A DNA stretch of 28,252 nt from Candidatus Xenobia bacterium (GTDB lineage: Bacteria; Vulcanimicrobiota; Xenobia; Xenobiales; QWHO01): positions 1 through 28,252 of the forward strand of contig BTUM01000097.1 of assembly GCA_045863235.1 (NCBI GenBank), given 5' to 3'. Below, piece by piece: positions 1 to 8,873 of the stretch; positions within the stretch are counted from its first letter, which is position 1; each line of letters begins with the position of its first letter. The notes beneath the pieces were generated by a model that did no database searches, was not told the origin of the DNA, and saw only the letters and a program-made list of their open reading frames with translations. The translations under genes were made by a program, and so were the position numbers.

Positions 1-695
1 GCTTCCCGTCCAGGCTGTTGCCCACCGAACAAAGAATCGATACCGCCGGTTCAAAAACCGACCACCCGTTCGCTCCAGGCTCAGCTCCTATCGAACAAAA
101 ATTCGATACCGCCGGTTCATGTCCCGACCACCGTACGCTCCAGGCTGCTTCCCGTCCAGGCTGTTGCCCACCGAACAAAGAATCGATACCGCCGGTTCAA
201 ACACCGACCACCCGTTCCCTCCAGGCTCAGCTCCTATCGAACAAAAATTCGATACCGCCGGTTCATGAGCCGACCACCGTACGCTCCAGGTTGCTTCCCG
301 TCCAGGCTGTTGCCCACCGAACAAAGAGTCGATACCGTCGGTTCAAAACCGAGCACCTGTTCGCTCCAGGCTTAGCTTCCCACCGAACAAAGAGTCGATA
401 CCGCCGGTTCAAGAACCGAGCACCTGTTCGCTCCAGGCTTAGCTTCCCACCGAACAAAGAGTCGATACCGCCGGTTCAAAAACCGAGCACCTGTTCGCTC
501 CAGGGCTTAGCTTCCCACCGAACAAAGAGTCGATACCGCCGGTTCAAGAACCGAGCACCTGTTCGCTCCAGGGCTTAGCTTCCCACCGAACAAAGAATCG
601 ATACCGCCGGTTCAAAAACCGAGCACCCGTTCGCTCCAGGCTCTTCCCACCTCAATACCCCGGTTCACAAACCGACCACCCGTTCGCTCCAGCTT
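1..695. repeat. Non-coding tandem repeat array; ~66-68 bp monomer, with a 146-bp higher-order unit in the first ~360 bp
   Basis: The core (C/T)CGAACAAA..TCGATACCGCCGGTTCA..CCGA(G/C)CACC..GTTCGCTCCAGG recurs at about 25, 91, 171, 237, 317, 383, 450, 518 and 586, with a degenerate copy at ~650-690. GCTTCCCGTCCAGGCTGTTG recurs at 1, 147 and 293. Truncated by the window start. Confidence 0.95.
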
Positions 696-907
696 CTCAC
701 CGATACGCCTGCTCTCCCCAACCCCCGATCGGCCGACCCGGCCAGACTGCAGGCTCCCGTCCTCCACGCGACCGATGCGCACTCGCTCGGGACTCTGGCT
801 CCTGGCGGCGGCATTCCCCTGGTTGGGCGAGTTTCCGGGATGTCCGCAAGGCGAGCTATCGGGCGCCATCCTCTCCTCCCTGGCCCGAGATTCGTCGCCA
901 TGGCCGA

Positions 908-1264
908 ATGAAGCTCATTCCTTCCGCAGACCTTGGTGGTCTCGTGGCGAGATTGCCCTCTCAGACCCCTCCCCTTCTGAACCGCCTTGACGAATTGCGC
1001 GCAGGCTACGCCCCGCCTGCCAGTTGGCAGAGGGAGCCTGCTATGGAGCTGCTCCGGGGCGACGAAGAGCTGGCCGCAGTGCTGATCGATCTCGAGCGGG
1101 CCGAGTCGCAAAGTGGTCGCCTTCGGCTCGACAGAGCCCTGCAGAGAGCCGACCGCAACCGGGTCACGCGACCCCCAATGGACCAGCCCGAGTGGCGCCC
1201 AGCGTCAAAGCGTTACACCCGTGCAACCTCTGGCGACCTTTTCGAGGCTATGGTTGGTGCGTGA
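908..1264 (+). CDS. Hypothetical protein (118 aa)
   Basis: Its TGA overlaps the likely GTG start of the next gene (GTGA at 1261-1264), which suggests translational coupling. No recognisable motif. Confidence 0.45.
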   Translation: MKLIPSADLGGLVARLPSQTPPLLNRLDELRAGYAPPASWQREPAMELLRGDEELAAVLIDLERAESQSGRLRLDRALQRADRNRVTRPPMDQPEWRPASKRYTRATSGDLFEAMVGA

Positions 1265-2844
1265 ATTTAGCTGCCCCCATCCTGCCCTCGCGCCCGCCGG
1301 CCAGGCCAGCTCCGGCCAGTCCGGCCGGGCCCATCCTGCAAGCTCAGGGCGACCCGACCGAGCGTTACCTGGGCCGCGTGGCCCAGCGCGCCCTGCAGCA
1401 ACTGGGCGCCATGGCCGCTACCACCGCCGGCCTCATCGTGGGCACCTCCCTGGGCTCGATCTGGGCCGTTCCCCTGGGCGTGCAGAGCGTCAACCTCATG
1501 CTCATGGCCGCCGGCACCCTGGGCTCGGGCCTGGCCGGGGCCGCCGCTGGCTACGCTCTGTCGCGCCACCTGCAATCCCCCGCCCTGGACCTTCCCCTGA
1601 CCGTGGGCGGCGCCCTGCGCGGCCTGCCCCGCATCGCCTACCCCTCCCTCATCGGGGCCACCCCGGCCGAGCAGGCCAAGATCATGAGCGTGCTCGACAG
1701 CTTGCCCATGGCCGAGGTGACCAGCCTCTCCACCCTCAAGGTCGAGCCCCGCCTGGATACCGCCGGTCTTTCGCTGCCTCTCCTGAGCCACAACCATATC
1801 TTGCTTGATCGCGGCCACCTCAACGGCCCCGAGCACTTCCGCGACCTGGTCACCCACGAGGTGGCTCACACCTGGGACTTCAGCGGCGGCCTCGGCCCCT
1901 TCGGCTCGCTCAGCGGCCGGGGCGCCTTCGGCAGCCCGCCCTACCTGAGCTCGTATGCCGGCTCCGACCGCTACGAGGACTTTGCCGAGACCCACCAGCT
2001 CTTCCACCGCGACCCCGCCCGGCTGGGCGCGCTGACTCCCGACAAGCTGGAGGCCATGCGCGAGCTGCACCGACCCGACCTGCTCGACCGCCCGGCCGTT
2101 CGCGAGCTGGGTCGCGACCTGGGAGCGACCCTGGGCGGCGTGCCCTACCTGCGCCAGGGGCTGGAGCTGGCCGGGGCCCTGGTGGGTCCCCTGCAGCTCG
2201 TTCGCGGCGCCAGCCTGTTGCAGCAGGACGACCCCGGCGCCCGTCTGGCCGGCCAGCTCCAGCTCGCCAGCGGAGCCCTCCTGCTGGTGCCCGGCGGCGC
2301 CCTGCCGGCCCTGGCCCTCAACACCTTGAGCCTGGCCTCCCCCCGGCTGGCCCCCGGCGCCCTGGCCCTGGCCCTCGGTCCCGTGGGCCTGGCTGGCCAG
2401 ACCCTGCTGGGCAAGACCCCTCTTCAGGCCCCCCCTCCTCCTGCCGCCGGGTTCGGCTCCTTCCTGCTGGGCACCGCCTCGACCGTCCTGGGATTGGGGC
2501 TGGGCTCGCTGGCCGGCCAGACTCTGGGAGCCCTGGTGGCCGGCCCCACCGGCGCCATGCTGGGCGCCTTCTGGGGACGTCTGGGCGGGGCTGCCGTGGG
2601 CCTGGTCGGCTTTGCCGCTCTCAAAGCCGCCCGCGAGGTTCCCCTCGAGCGAGCCGAGGGACTCGAGTTGCTGCGCAGCGCCGCCTTCTCCCTCGGAGGC
2701 GCTCTGGTCGGGGCCGTGGGCGGCCTGGCCCTGGGCCATCAGGCCTCCCTGGCTCTCGGCCTGGGTCCCACCGGGGCCGTCCTGGTGGCCGCCGCGGGAG
2801 CCCTGGGCAGCTCCTGGCTGGCGGGTCGTCTTTACAGGAGCTAG
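1261..2844 (+). CDS. Membrane-associated zinc metallopeptidase (anthrax lethal factor/PPEP-like HExxH domain) with glycine-zipper hydrophobic segments
   Basis: THEVAHTWD (HExxH) is followed by SSYAGSDRYEDFAE. GxxxG-rich hydrophobic helices lie on both sides. High-GC3 coding pattern from 1261. Start moved from 1024 (ORF track) to GTG 1261. Confidence 0.75.
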   Translation: MNLAAPILPSRPPARPAPASPAGPILQAQGDPTERYLGRVAQRALQQLGAMAATTAGLIVGTSLGSIWAVPLGVQSVNLMLMAAGTLGSGLAGAAAGYALSRHLQSPALDLPLTVGGALRGLPRIAYPSLIGATPAEQAKIMSVLDSLPMAEVTSLSTLKVEPRLDTAGLSLPLLSHNHILLDRGHLNGPEHFRDLVTHEVAHTWDFSGGLGPFGSLSGRGAFGSPPYLSSYAGSDRYEDFAETHQLFHRDPARLGALTPDKLEAMRELHRPDLLDRPAVRELGRDLGATLGGVPYLRQGLELAGALVGPLQLVRGASLLQQDDPGARLAGQLQLASGALLLVPGGALPALALNTLSLASPRLAPGALALALGPVGLAGQTLLGKTPLQAPPPPAAGFGSFLLGTASTVLGLGLGSLAGQTLGALVAGPTGAMLGAFWGRLGGAAVGLVGFAALKAAREVPLERAEGLELLRSAAFSLGGALVGAVGGLALGHQASLALGLGPTGAVLVAAAGALGSSWLAGRLYRS

Positions 2845-3104
2845 ATAGACCGGATGCTCAGCGAGCTCCGCTCCAGCGGGGCGAGCTCGACTCTCTCAGG
2901 GCGCCTTGACCCTGCCCCCGCCCGAGATCGACCTGGGCTCCGAATCAGCGCTGGGGCGGGGGGCTCCGTCGCTGCGTCTGATACCCTGAGAAATCGCACT
3001 TGTCAAAACCAGGAGCACTTGGTAGCACGTTTTGGAGGCGAGAGCTCATCGCGCGCCAGGCAAGTGCCGGGTGCAATCTTACGTCGGAGAGGCTCGGGGA
3101 TTGC

Positions 3105-3455
3105 TCAGCGAGGCTTGCGGCCAAAGATCTTCTGATAGACTTGAGCGCCTGTTGTTCCGGGAATAACTGCTTGCCATTTGGAGTGCTTGCCCCGGTCACA
3201 ACGCCACTGCGGTGGTTCCTTCGTCAGATACATCCTGTTATAGTAAATTCTTCCATCTGCGTAAGTTTCGGCTATCGTAAGATGAAAGTTGTTCTTGTCA
3301 ATTTTTTTCTTGCTGTTCATGTCCACAAACATGACATATTGCTCGCCGTGCTCGTCAGTCATGATTCCGGCGTTATAATATTTCGGAGATTTTGATACTG
3401 GGTAGTCCTGAGCACTGGCCACTCCTGAAAATAGGAATAACAAGAGCAATGCCAT
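3105..3455 (-). CDS. Small secreted hypothetical protein (116 aa), lower GC than flanks
   Basis: ATG at 3455 preceded by GAGGAAAGG. Signal-peptide-like MALLLLFLFSGVASA|QD. AT-richer codons than neighbours. Confidence 0.7.
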   Translation of the reverse strand: MALLLLFLFSGVASAQDYPVSKSPKYYNAGIMTDEHGEQYVMFVDMNSKKKIDKNNFHLTIAETYADGRIYYNRMYLTKEPPQWRCDRGKHSKWQAVIPGTTGAQVYQKIFGRKPR

Positions 3456-3859
3456 TGCTCTGCCTTTCCTCGTCATCGGTGCGATCAGAACTCGTGCGCC
3501 AAGCTGGAGGAAGAAGCCCGAGACGCGTCGAGCGGAGAATGTAGGCTGATTCGTCTGACAAAGATCGCGCTTGGCCATGACCAGGATTACGCCGCTTGGC
3601 TGGCAGCTCCTGCCGTGGACAATTCCCCAAATTGATCCAGTGTGGTCGGTCACCTGGCCCGGGAACATCCTGGCTGGGGGAGCCGGCCCGGCCGTCTGGT
3701 TCTGGGATCGGACAGGTGATCGAGCGAACCACGTGCTTGTTTATTGTTTGAGCTGCCTGTCGTGATATCCGGTCAGGTAATGGACACGGACCCGGTCTCG
3801 CTCCCGCCGGCTCCTGGTCTGGCGCCTTCTCGATGAGCTCCGCGGCGACTGACCTCCAT

Positions 3860-4100
3860 TGAGCTGAGGCCGAGCATACGGAGCAATAGCGTCTCCACAC
3901 GGTCCACTTGGCCAGCCTGCGACGGAATCGAGTCTGGGAGAGTGCCCGGACCTGCTCGCACATCAGGTCAGAGGGCCGGCTCAGCCCGCCCTCAGGAGGA
4001 ACCAGTTTGATATGGCAACTCTGGTCGAGGAGATCGGGATGACGATGGATAGCCTGGCTGGTCCGTGATTGAGCTGGTCATCCGAGTATCGCTCGGGCGC
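3860..4100 (-). pseudogene. mazF: PemK/MazF-family toxin pseudogene (multiple frameshifts, 5' end missing)
   Basis: Consecutive pieces in different frames read SDDQLNHGPARLSIVIPISST / PEGGLSRPSDLMCEQVRALSQTRFRRRL / GQVDRVETLLLRMLGL. This matches the PemK pattern (N-x-G..VxPIxS..GGL..S..CEQIR.IS..R...LG.V). Confidence 0.8.
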
Positions 4101-4132
4101 TACAATTCTGTCTACGCTCAGATATACTCCCC

Positions 4133-5410
4133 TTAAGCCCCCGCCCCCACCGCCCGCCGCGTCAACCACCCGATCCCCGCGAAATACAGCCCGTAAGCCG
4201 CGCAGTTCACCAGCACGTAGAGGCCGATGGTGGACTCGAAGCTCGCCTGCGGAAACAGCTGGGGGCTGAACACTGCCAACAGCAGCACAAGCGAGCCCAC
4301 GTCATAGAACAGCTTCAGCCGCTGTCCCTGGAGCACGAACACCAGCCGGCTCAGCGGCACCACCACGAACTGGCACAGCACCAGGGGAGCGAGCACCACG
4401 CTCAGCTGCCCGGCCGTTGCCCAGCGGGCCCCGAACAGTGTCTGGAAGAGCCACGGTCCGAGCAGCACCAGGATCAATGTGGGCACAAGCCCCAGCAGGA
4501 ACAAGCGCAGCGAGATGCCCCGGAACATCCCCCAGAGCCGCTCGGGAGCCTCCAGCCGCAGCTTGGAGGCCTCGCTGTGCAGCGCGTCCGCCACCGAGGC
4601 TGAGGCGACCGCCAGCGGACCGGCCACCAGGCGCTGTACGAAGGACAGGTTCCCGGCCGCGTCCGCCCCGAAGCGCATCGTCACCAGCGGGATGGTCAGG
4701 CTCAGGGCCAGAAGGTCGATCAGGGACGAGGGAAGCAGCACCAGCGGCGAGCGGCGGTGCGCTCCGGCCGCCTGGCGCAGGGCCAGCGCCGTCACCTCCG
4801 GGGCGCTCTGGCGAAAGCTCTTCCACAGAGCCGGCATCAGCCACAGGCAGCCGGCCAGCTTGGCGGCCATCTCCCCGAGCAGCAGCCCGGCCGCGCCCAG
4901 GCCCAGGGCTCCCAGTCCCAGTTGCACCGTCACCCGTCCCACCGACTGGGCCACGATGGCCGAGCTCAGCCGTCCGAAGGCGTCCGCCTTGAGGGTGGTG
5001 TAGCGCGAGCACTCCATCCAGGCCCCCAGAGCCACCGTGGGCAGCATCAGGGCCACCACCCAGAGGCTCAGCTCGCTCAGCCCCAGCACCTGGTAGCGCG
5101 TCAGCACGAGCACCCCCGCTACCAGCAGGGGAGACATCACCAGCGTGGCCAGAAACGAGGTGATGGATAGCAGCCACGACTCGCGCTCGGAGTTGGCCGC
5201 CAGGATGGAGACGTCGTAGCGCAGCGGCGCGGCCATGGTCAGCAGGCTGACGAAGGCCAGGAACACCCCGTAGAGCCCCATCTCCGCCGGCGTGTAGAGC
5301 CAGCCCAGGAACGGGGTGGAGAGGAACTGCAGCGTGTAAGCCAGCCCGATTCCCCTGCCCAGCACCGAGACCTTCCGGACGAAGGGATGGGCGAAGGCCC
5401 GCCGCAACAA
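4133..5410 (-). CDS. wzx: Wzx-type oligosaccharide flippase (MOP/PST family)
   Basis: About 12 TM helices. LYTPAEMGLYG, LRYDVSIL and LFGARWATAG motifs typical of polysaccharide flippases. TTG start with upstream GAGAGGA. Confidence 0.85.
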   Translation of the reverse strand: MLRRAFAHPFVRKVSVLGRGIGLAYTLQFLSTPFLGWLYTPAEMGLYGVFLAFVSLLTMAAPLRYDVSILAANSERESWLLSITSFLATLVMSPLLVAGVLVLTRYQVLGLSELSLWVVALMLPTVALGAWMECSRYTTLKADAFGRLSSAIVAQSVGRVTVQLGLGALGLGAAGLLLGEMAAKLAGCLWLMPALWKSFRQSAPEVTALALRQAAGAHRRSPLVLLPSSLIDLLALSLTIPLVTMRFGADAAGNLSFVQRLVAGPLAVASASVADALHSEASKLRLEAPERLWGMFRGISLRLFLLGLVPTLILVLLGPWLFQTLFGARWATAGQLSVVLAPLVLCQFVVVPLSRLVFVLQGQRLKLFYDVGSLVLLLAVFSPQLFPQASFESTIGLYVLVNCAAYGLYFAGIGWLTRRAVGAGA

Positions 5411-5500
5411 TTCAGGTGCTTCCTCTCACAGCCCCGCCCCTTCAACGATGGCCCTGCCGCTCCTTTGTCCCGGCCCCGCCTTCCAGCTCCATGTCCACGA

Positions 5501-5593
5501 CCCTCAACGATGCAGCCTCAGCTTGCCCCCAATGCCCCTCAACGATGCAGCCTCAGCTCGCCCCAATGCCCCTCAACGATGCAGCCTCAGCCC
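5501..5593. repeat. Short tandem repeat, 34-35 bp x ~3
   Basis: CCCTCAACGATGCAGCCTCAGC at 5501, 5536 and 5570; degenerate CCCTTCAACGATG near 5438. Confidence 0.9.
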
Positions 5594-5613
5594 GCTCGCC
5601 CCGACCCGTTGAC

Positions 5614-6141
5614 TCAGCGCGAGCCCCACCCGAACGTCCACCCCAGCACCACCGCCACCCGGTAGCGCCGGACGGGCACGAACCCCGCCTTCTCGATCCC
5701 CCGCACACTGGCCGGATTGCTCACCGTGGTCGCGATCAGCAGCCGGCGCGACCCCCCCAGCTCTTCGGCCACCCGCGCCAGCACCGCCGGATACACATTC
5801 TTCCCGCGCGCCTCCGGCGCCGTCTCGCAGTAGTGCACGTAGGCCTCTCCTGCCCGCAGCGCATAGCTCAGCCGGCGAAACAGCCTCACCTGGCGCGGCC
5901 CCATCTGCACCCAGCTGCGATGCACGCAGCGCCCCTCGAGGTAGCCCAGGTAGCCGCGATCCCCGCGCGAGAGAAAGTCCCGGTAGACCTCCAGCTGACG
6001 CGGGGACTCGAACTCGAGCAGGTCGGCCAGGTTCTCCTGGCTGGCCGCCACCACCGTGCAGGGCGACCCCACGCTCACAGCGTTCCGGTGCTCGAACAAT
6101 ACCACCGTCCCGAACCAGAACAGCCGCCGTAAGATCCGCAT
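5614..6141 (-). CDS. GNAT-family N-acetyltransferase (175 aa)
   Basis: AYVHYCETAPEARGKNVY (acetyl-CoA motif A) and NPASVRGIEKAGF (motif B). ATG at 6141 preceded by GGGAG. The ORF-track extension to 6372 runs into the islet. Confidence 0.88.
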   Translation of the reverse strand: MRILRRLFWFGTVVLFEHRNAVSVGSPCTVVAASQENLADLLEFESPRQLEVYRDFLSRGDRGYLGYLEGRCVHRSWVQMGPRQVRLFRRLSYALRAGEAYVHYCETAPEARGKNVYPAVLARVAEELGGSRRLLIATTVSNPASVRGIEKAGFVPVRRYRVAVVLGWTFGWGSR

Positions 6142-6206
6142 TTGGCTCCCAGTATACCAGGGCGCGCAACGCCGGACGGGCGGCGAAGCCGCGCCCCGCC
6201 GCCATG
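6060..6206 (+). repeat. Left direct repeat of the islet (147 bp)
   Basis: 6060-6175 is identical to 10184-10299 (116 bp), and 6180-6200 is identical to 10300-10320. The left copy has an extra ACGG and an extra GCC before the shared ATG. Confidence 0.97.
6151..6159 (-). promoter_or_regulatory. Putative extended -10 promoter (TGG TATACT) of the GNAT gene
   Basis: The minus strand reads TGGTATACT-GGGAGCCAA-ATG, matching TGnTAnnnT 9 nt before the start codon. Confidence 0.55.
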
Positions 6207-6280
6207 TGGGGGTTGGGACGAGATCCCGAGAGCACGGGACCTCGGATGGGAGACCTCTGACATCATACTCGGAAGAACCC

Positions 6281-7126
6281 TCAATCTTCGGAGTGCGAAG
6301 GGAAGAGGTGCCGTCCTGTCGCTTCACATAATGGAGCAAAATGTTTGGTATTAGAAGTGCAGATTGTAGCATCTTCGGGAGCCGAAATGGTGATGATAAT
6401 ATCCCCGCAGGACCAACAGGTCTGGTAACCCTCTTTGTTGCTGAGAGCGTGTTTCCAAGATTCGCATTTCTTTAGGGCCTCTTTTAAATGGGTGCGAGAT
6501 TTGGCCTGCTCTGGATCTCTCTCATGCAAAGAATCCAACTTCTCCAAAACCTTCTCTAGTTCAGGCTTTCTCTCTCTGAGAAATCCTTTTAGATTACATT
6601 CAAGCTTCGAACTGGTGCATCGAGAACCAGCAACATTCTCAAGCGAACCAGTCTTGTCGTTCACGGTTAGGCCTTTGATGTCTTCGTAGCAAGCCATCAG
6701 GTTGGGGGAGGCCCCATCTACAAGGGTGCTGGTCACGGCATTCCAAAGGCGGTAGGCGTGGAGAACTAAGAAATCTTTCACCTTCTTGAGCACGTATGAA
6801 TCCAGACTCAGGGCTCCAGTCGACTCTTTGCCTATCTCCTCCCATAAGGCTTCTAATGTCTCAGCGACTGTGCCTTGTCGGTAACGCTGTTGGTGAACCC
6901 GATTGATGACCCGATAGACCTCCGAATACTTGGTCGAGTTGACCAACACGCTGTGCAGGTAAACCAGATACTGCAGAACGCCTCGCTTAATCTCCATGCG
7001 CACGTAGTTGTTCGTAACCCGGACAGCAGGCGTCGCGGTTTCCCTAGAGAGAGCTTCGTGCTGGCCCTTTCTAAAGCAGAGGTCTATCAGCGCTGAGGTC
7101 TCGAGGAAACAGACTTTTGGGGCCAT
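6281..7126 (-). CDS. Large PIN-domain ribonuclease-like protein (281 aa) with Cys-rich insertion
   Basis: N-terminal CFLETSALID (PIN first acidic motif, E for D) and RMEIKRG. C-terminal CWSCGDIIITISAPEDATICTSNTKHF (PIN D..T-x-N-x-x-HF). Starts 1 nt after the upstream stop. Confidence 0.8.
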   Translation of the reverse strand: MAPKVCFLETSALIDLCFRKGQHEALSRETATPAVRVTNNYVRMEIKRGVLQYLVYLHSVLVNSTKYSEVYRVINRVHQQRYRQGTVAETLEALWEEIGKESTGALSLDSYVLKKVKDFLVLHAYRLWNAVTSTLVDGASPNLMACYEDIKGLTVNDKTGSLENVAGSRCTSSKLECNLKGFLRERKPELEKVLEKLDSLHERDPEQAKSRTHLKEALKKCESWKHALSNKEGYQTCWSCGDIIITISAPEDATICTSNTKHFAPLCEATGRHLFPSHSED

Positions 7127-7127
7127 T

Positions 7128-7712
7128 CTAGAAGGCTTCAGCGAAGAAGTTGCCGCCGAAATCTATTCCAGCCTCTTCTAATGTCTGAATCCACTTAACA
7201 AACGTGGCCTCACTTGGGCGCGCTGTAATAGCCAGTTCGCCGCAAACTTTCTCCAACGCAATTAGTTCCCGTTGACTGAAAGGGATGCCACGATGCTGCC
7301 TTAGGGCGACTTCAATCCCCGTGACTAATGTGTCCCAGAACGTGTGGCCAGTATCAATCGTGCCCGCCTCGTGAATGTCTCTCAGGGCATACTCCAGTTC
7401 CGTAAGCTGGGCGAGGTCATCGTCCTCTGCTCTGATCGCGCGTCCCAAAAATTCAACGACGTTCTTAAGCAGCTTACGTGCTGTAAGAGCGGGACTGGTC
7501 GCCTCTGCATAAACAACGCCAGGGTCAATGTCACGCATACCACGTCTAGCCAAAGGTCGACCAGACTCGAGTTCGCGGACGGCCGCACTAGCGGTTCGCT
7601 TCATGCGGTCATTGTTGTCCAGGGCAGGTTCATCGTCCATGATGGCAGTACCGCCCTCGCCCGACTCCCTCGGAGAAGCGACTACTCTCGCTGTCTTCTC
7701 ATTTGACGCCAT
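7128..7712 (-). CDS. Hypothetical protein (~194 aa), middle gene of the three-gene operon; candidate antitoxin or adaptor
   Basis: ATG at 7712, 5 nt after the upstream TGA (an in-frame TTG at 7721 overlaps that stop). Charged, probably disordered N-terminus and helical acidic C-terminal half. Confidence 0.75.
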   Translation of the reverse strand: MASNEKTARVVASPRESGEGGTAIMDDEPALDNNDRMKRTASAAVRELESGRPLARRGMRDIDPGVVYAEATSPALTARKLLKNVVEFLGRAIRAEDDDLAQLTELEYALRDIHEAGTIDTGHTFWDTLVTGIEVALRQHRGIPFSQRELIALEKVCGELAITARPSEATFVKWIQTLEEAGIDFGGNFFAEAF

Positions 7713-7717
7713 GATCC

Positions 7718-8404
7718 TCAAGCCTCACATCCTAGGCGCTCCGACAATACGTGCTTGGCCCGTTTCAAGCACGCTTTAGCAAAGTCACTAAACTTAAGTT
7801 GTTCGACTCTTATACTATGCGGGATAAACCGGTCAATGTCTATACTCAGGCCGGTTCCAGAGAAGTCATCTCTAATGGCTACTCCGGGTGGCGCCGATAT
7901 GGTGAGAGTTCGAGTGAAGGACTTGAGGGTAATTCTGGAGCCGATCTTGTCATCTTCCGCATGAAAACTAGTGGTGATAGCCTTTACCTCTAGATCAGGG
8001 TCTGTCGAGACTGGATCCGACGCCACCAAAGACGTCCGGCGAAAAACCGCCAGGGCGTTCTCCAGTGGTCCCATCGCGATCCAAATGCCCCTACACCCCA
8101 CCCTTGTGACGGCATCCAAATCTAGTGTAGTTGTGATCACCGGTAGAAAATCGTCGAATACGTCGAGTTTGGGCTGATGTACTCCCGCCAAGTCCAGTTG
8201 TACGTAGGCTCGTTGGTAGTTGAAGTTAACCTGTCCGGGTATTTCCTTACTAAGGAACTTGGCTTCGGATGTGGTGATCTCGACCATTTCAAGATCTTCG
8301 CACTGCTTCTGGAGTTCTCGCCAGATCGCCCCACATCGGTCCCAGTATAACCACCCTTGGTCATATCGGATTTCAACAACCAGAGTCTCAAGCTTCGGTT
8401 TCAT
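7718..8404 (-). CDS. TIGR04255-like family protein (228 aa)
   Basis: N-terminal PKLETLVVEIRY, central VTRVGCRGIW and C-terminal LSIDID resemble the PLxEVVxEIRF / RIGLRYIN / LDID pattern as I recall it for TIGR04255. Confidence 0.65.
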   Translation of the reverse strand: MKPKLETLVVEIRYDQGWLYWDRCGAIWRELQKQCEDLEMVEITTSEAKFLSKEIPGQVNFNYQRAYVQLDLAGVHQPKLDVFDDFLPVITTTLDLDAVTRVGCRGIWIAMGPLENALAVFRRTSLVASDPVSTDPDLEVKAITTSFHAEDDKIGSRITLKSFTRTLTISAPPGVAIRDDFSGTGLSIDIDRFIPHSIRVEQLKFSDFAKACLKRAKHVLSERLGCEA

Positions 8405-8873
8405 TCCATTTGGCTTATCCCGTCGGATTCTTCGGAGTGGCTATGCTGCGCCCCTCGCTTGGTTCTTCCTTCCTGATCACATCAACTAGCGCCGCTGTAA
8501 CGAAGCCAATCCGGGAAGAGCGACTCACAAGCGCGATAAAAACGAATAAATCTGCAAGGAGAGCTTACCCCGAGTTGGCAGCTGAAACCCGCAATAGGTG
8601 AAAGCCTATTGGGGGGGTGTATCCCTAGCTCTGCGCCAAGTATCAGGCCTCCGATGAGCTCACTTGTCCGTTTTTGGGTCAGATCGCACGAGAGTGCGTC
8701 TCTTTTCAGCGAGGCATAAGGTACTAACAGTCCACCGTTTTCGAAGCGACCGCATAGCACTGTACTCCCGCCTATCCGAAGAGTCGCCAAACCGAATGAC
8801 CGCCCGTACTGACGCCATTGTTCTACGCTTCGACGGCACCCTCCCTTCAGTCGCGCTCTAAGTTTAGAACGAG

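Noticed and set aside
1..695. CRISPR array, or the 186-aa ORF 18..578
   Set aside because: The whole unit repeats with no unique spacers and there are no cas genes. Most unit lengths are not multiples of 3, so the ORF is a by-product of the repeat.
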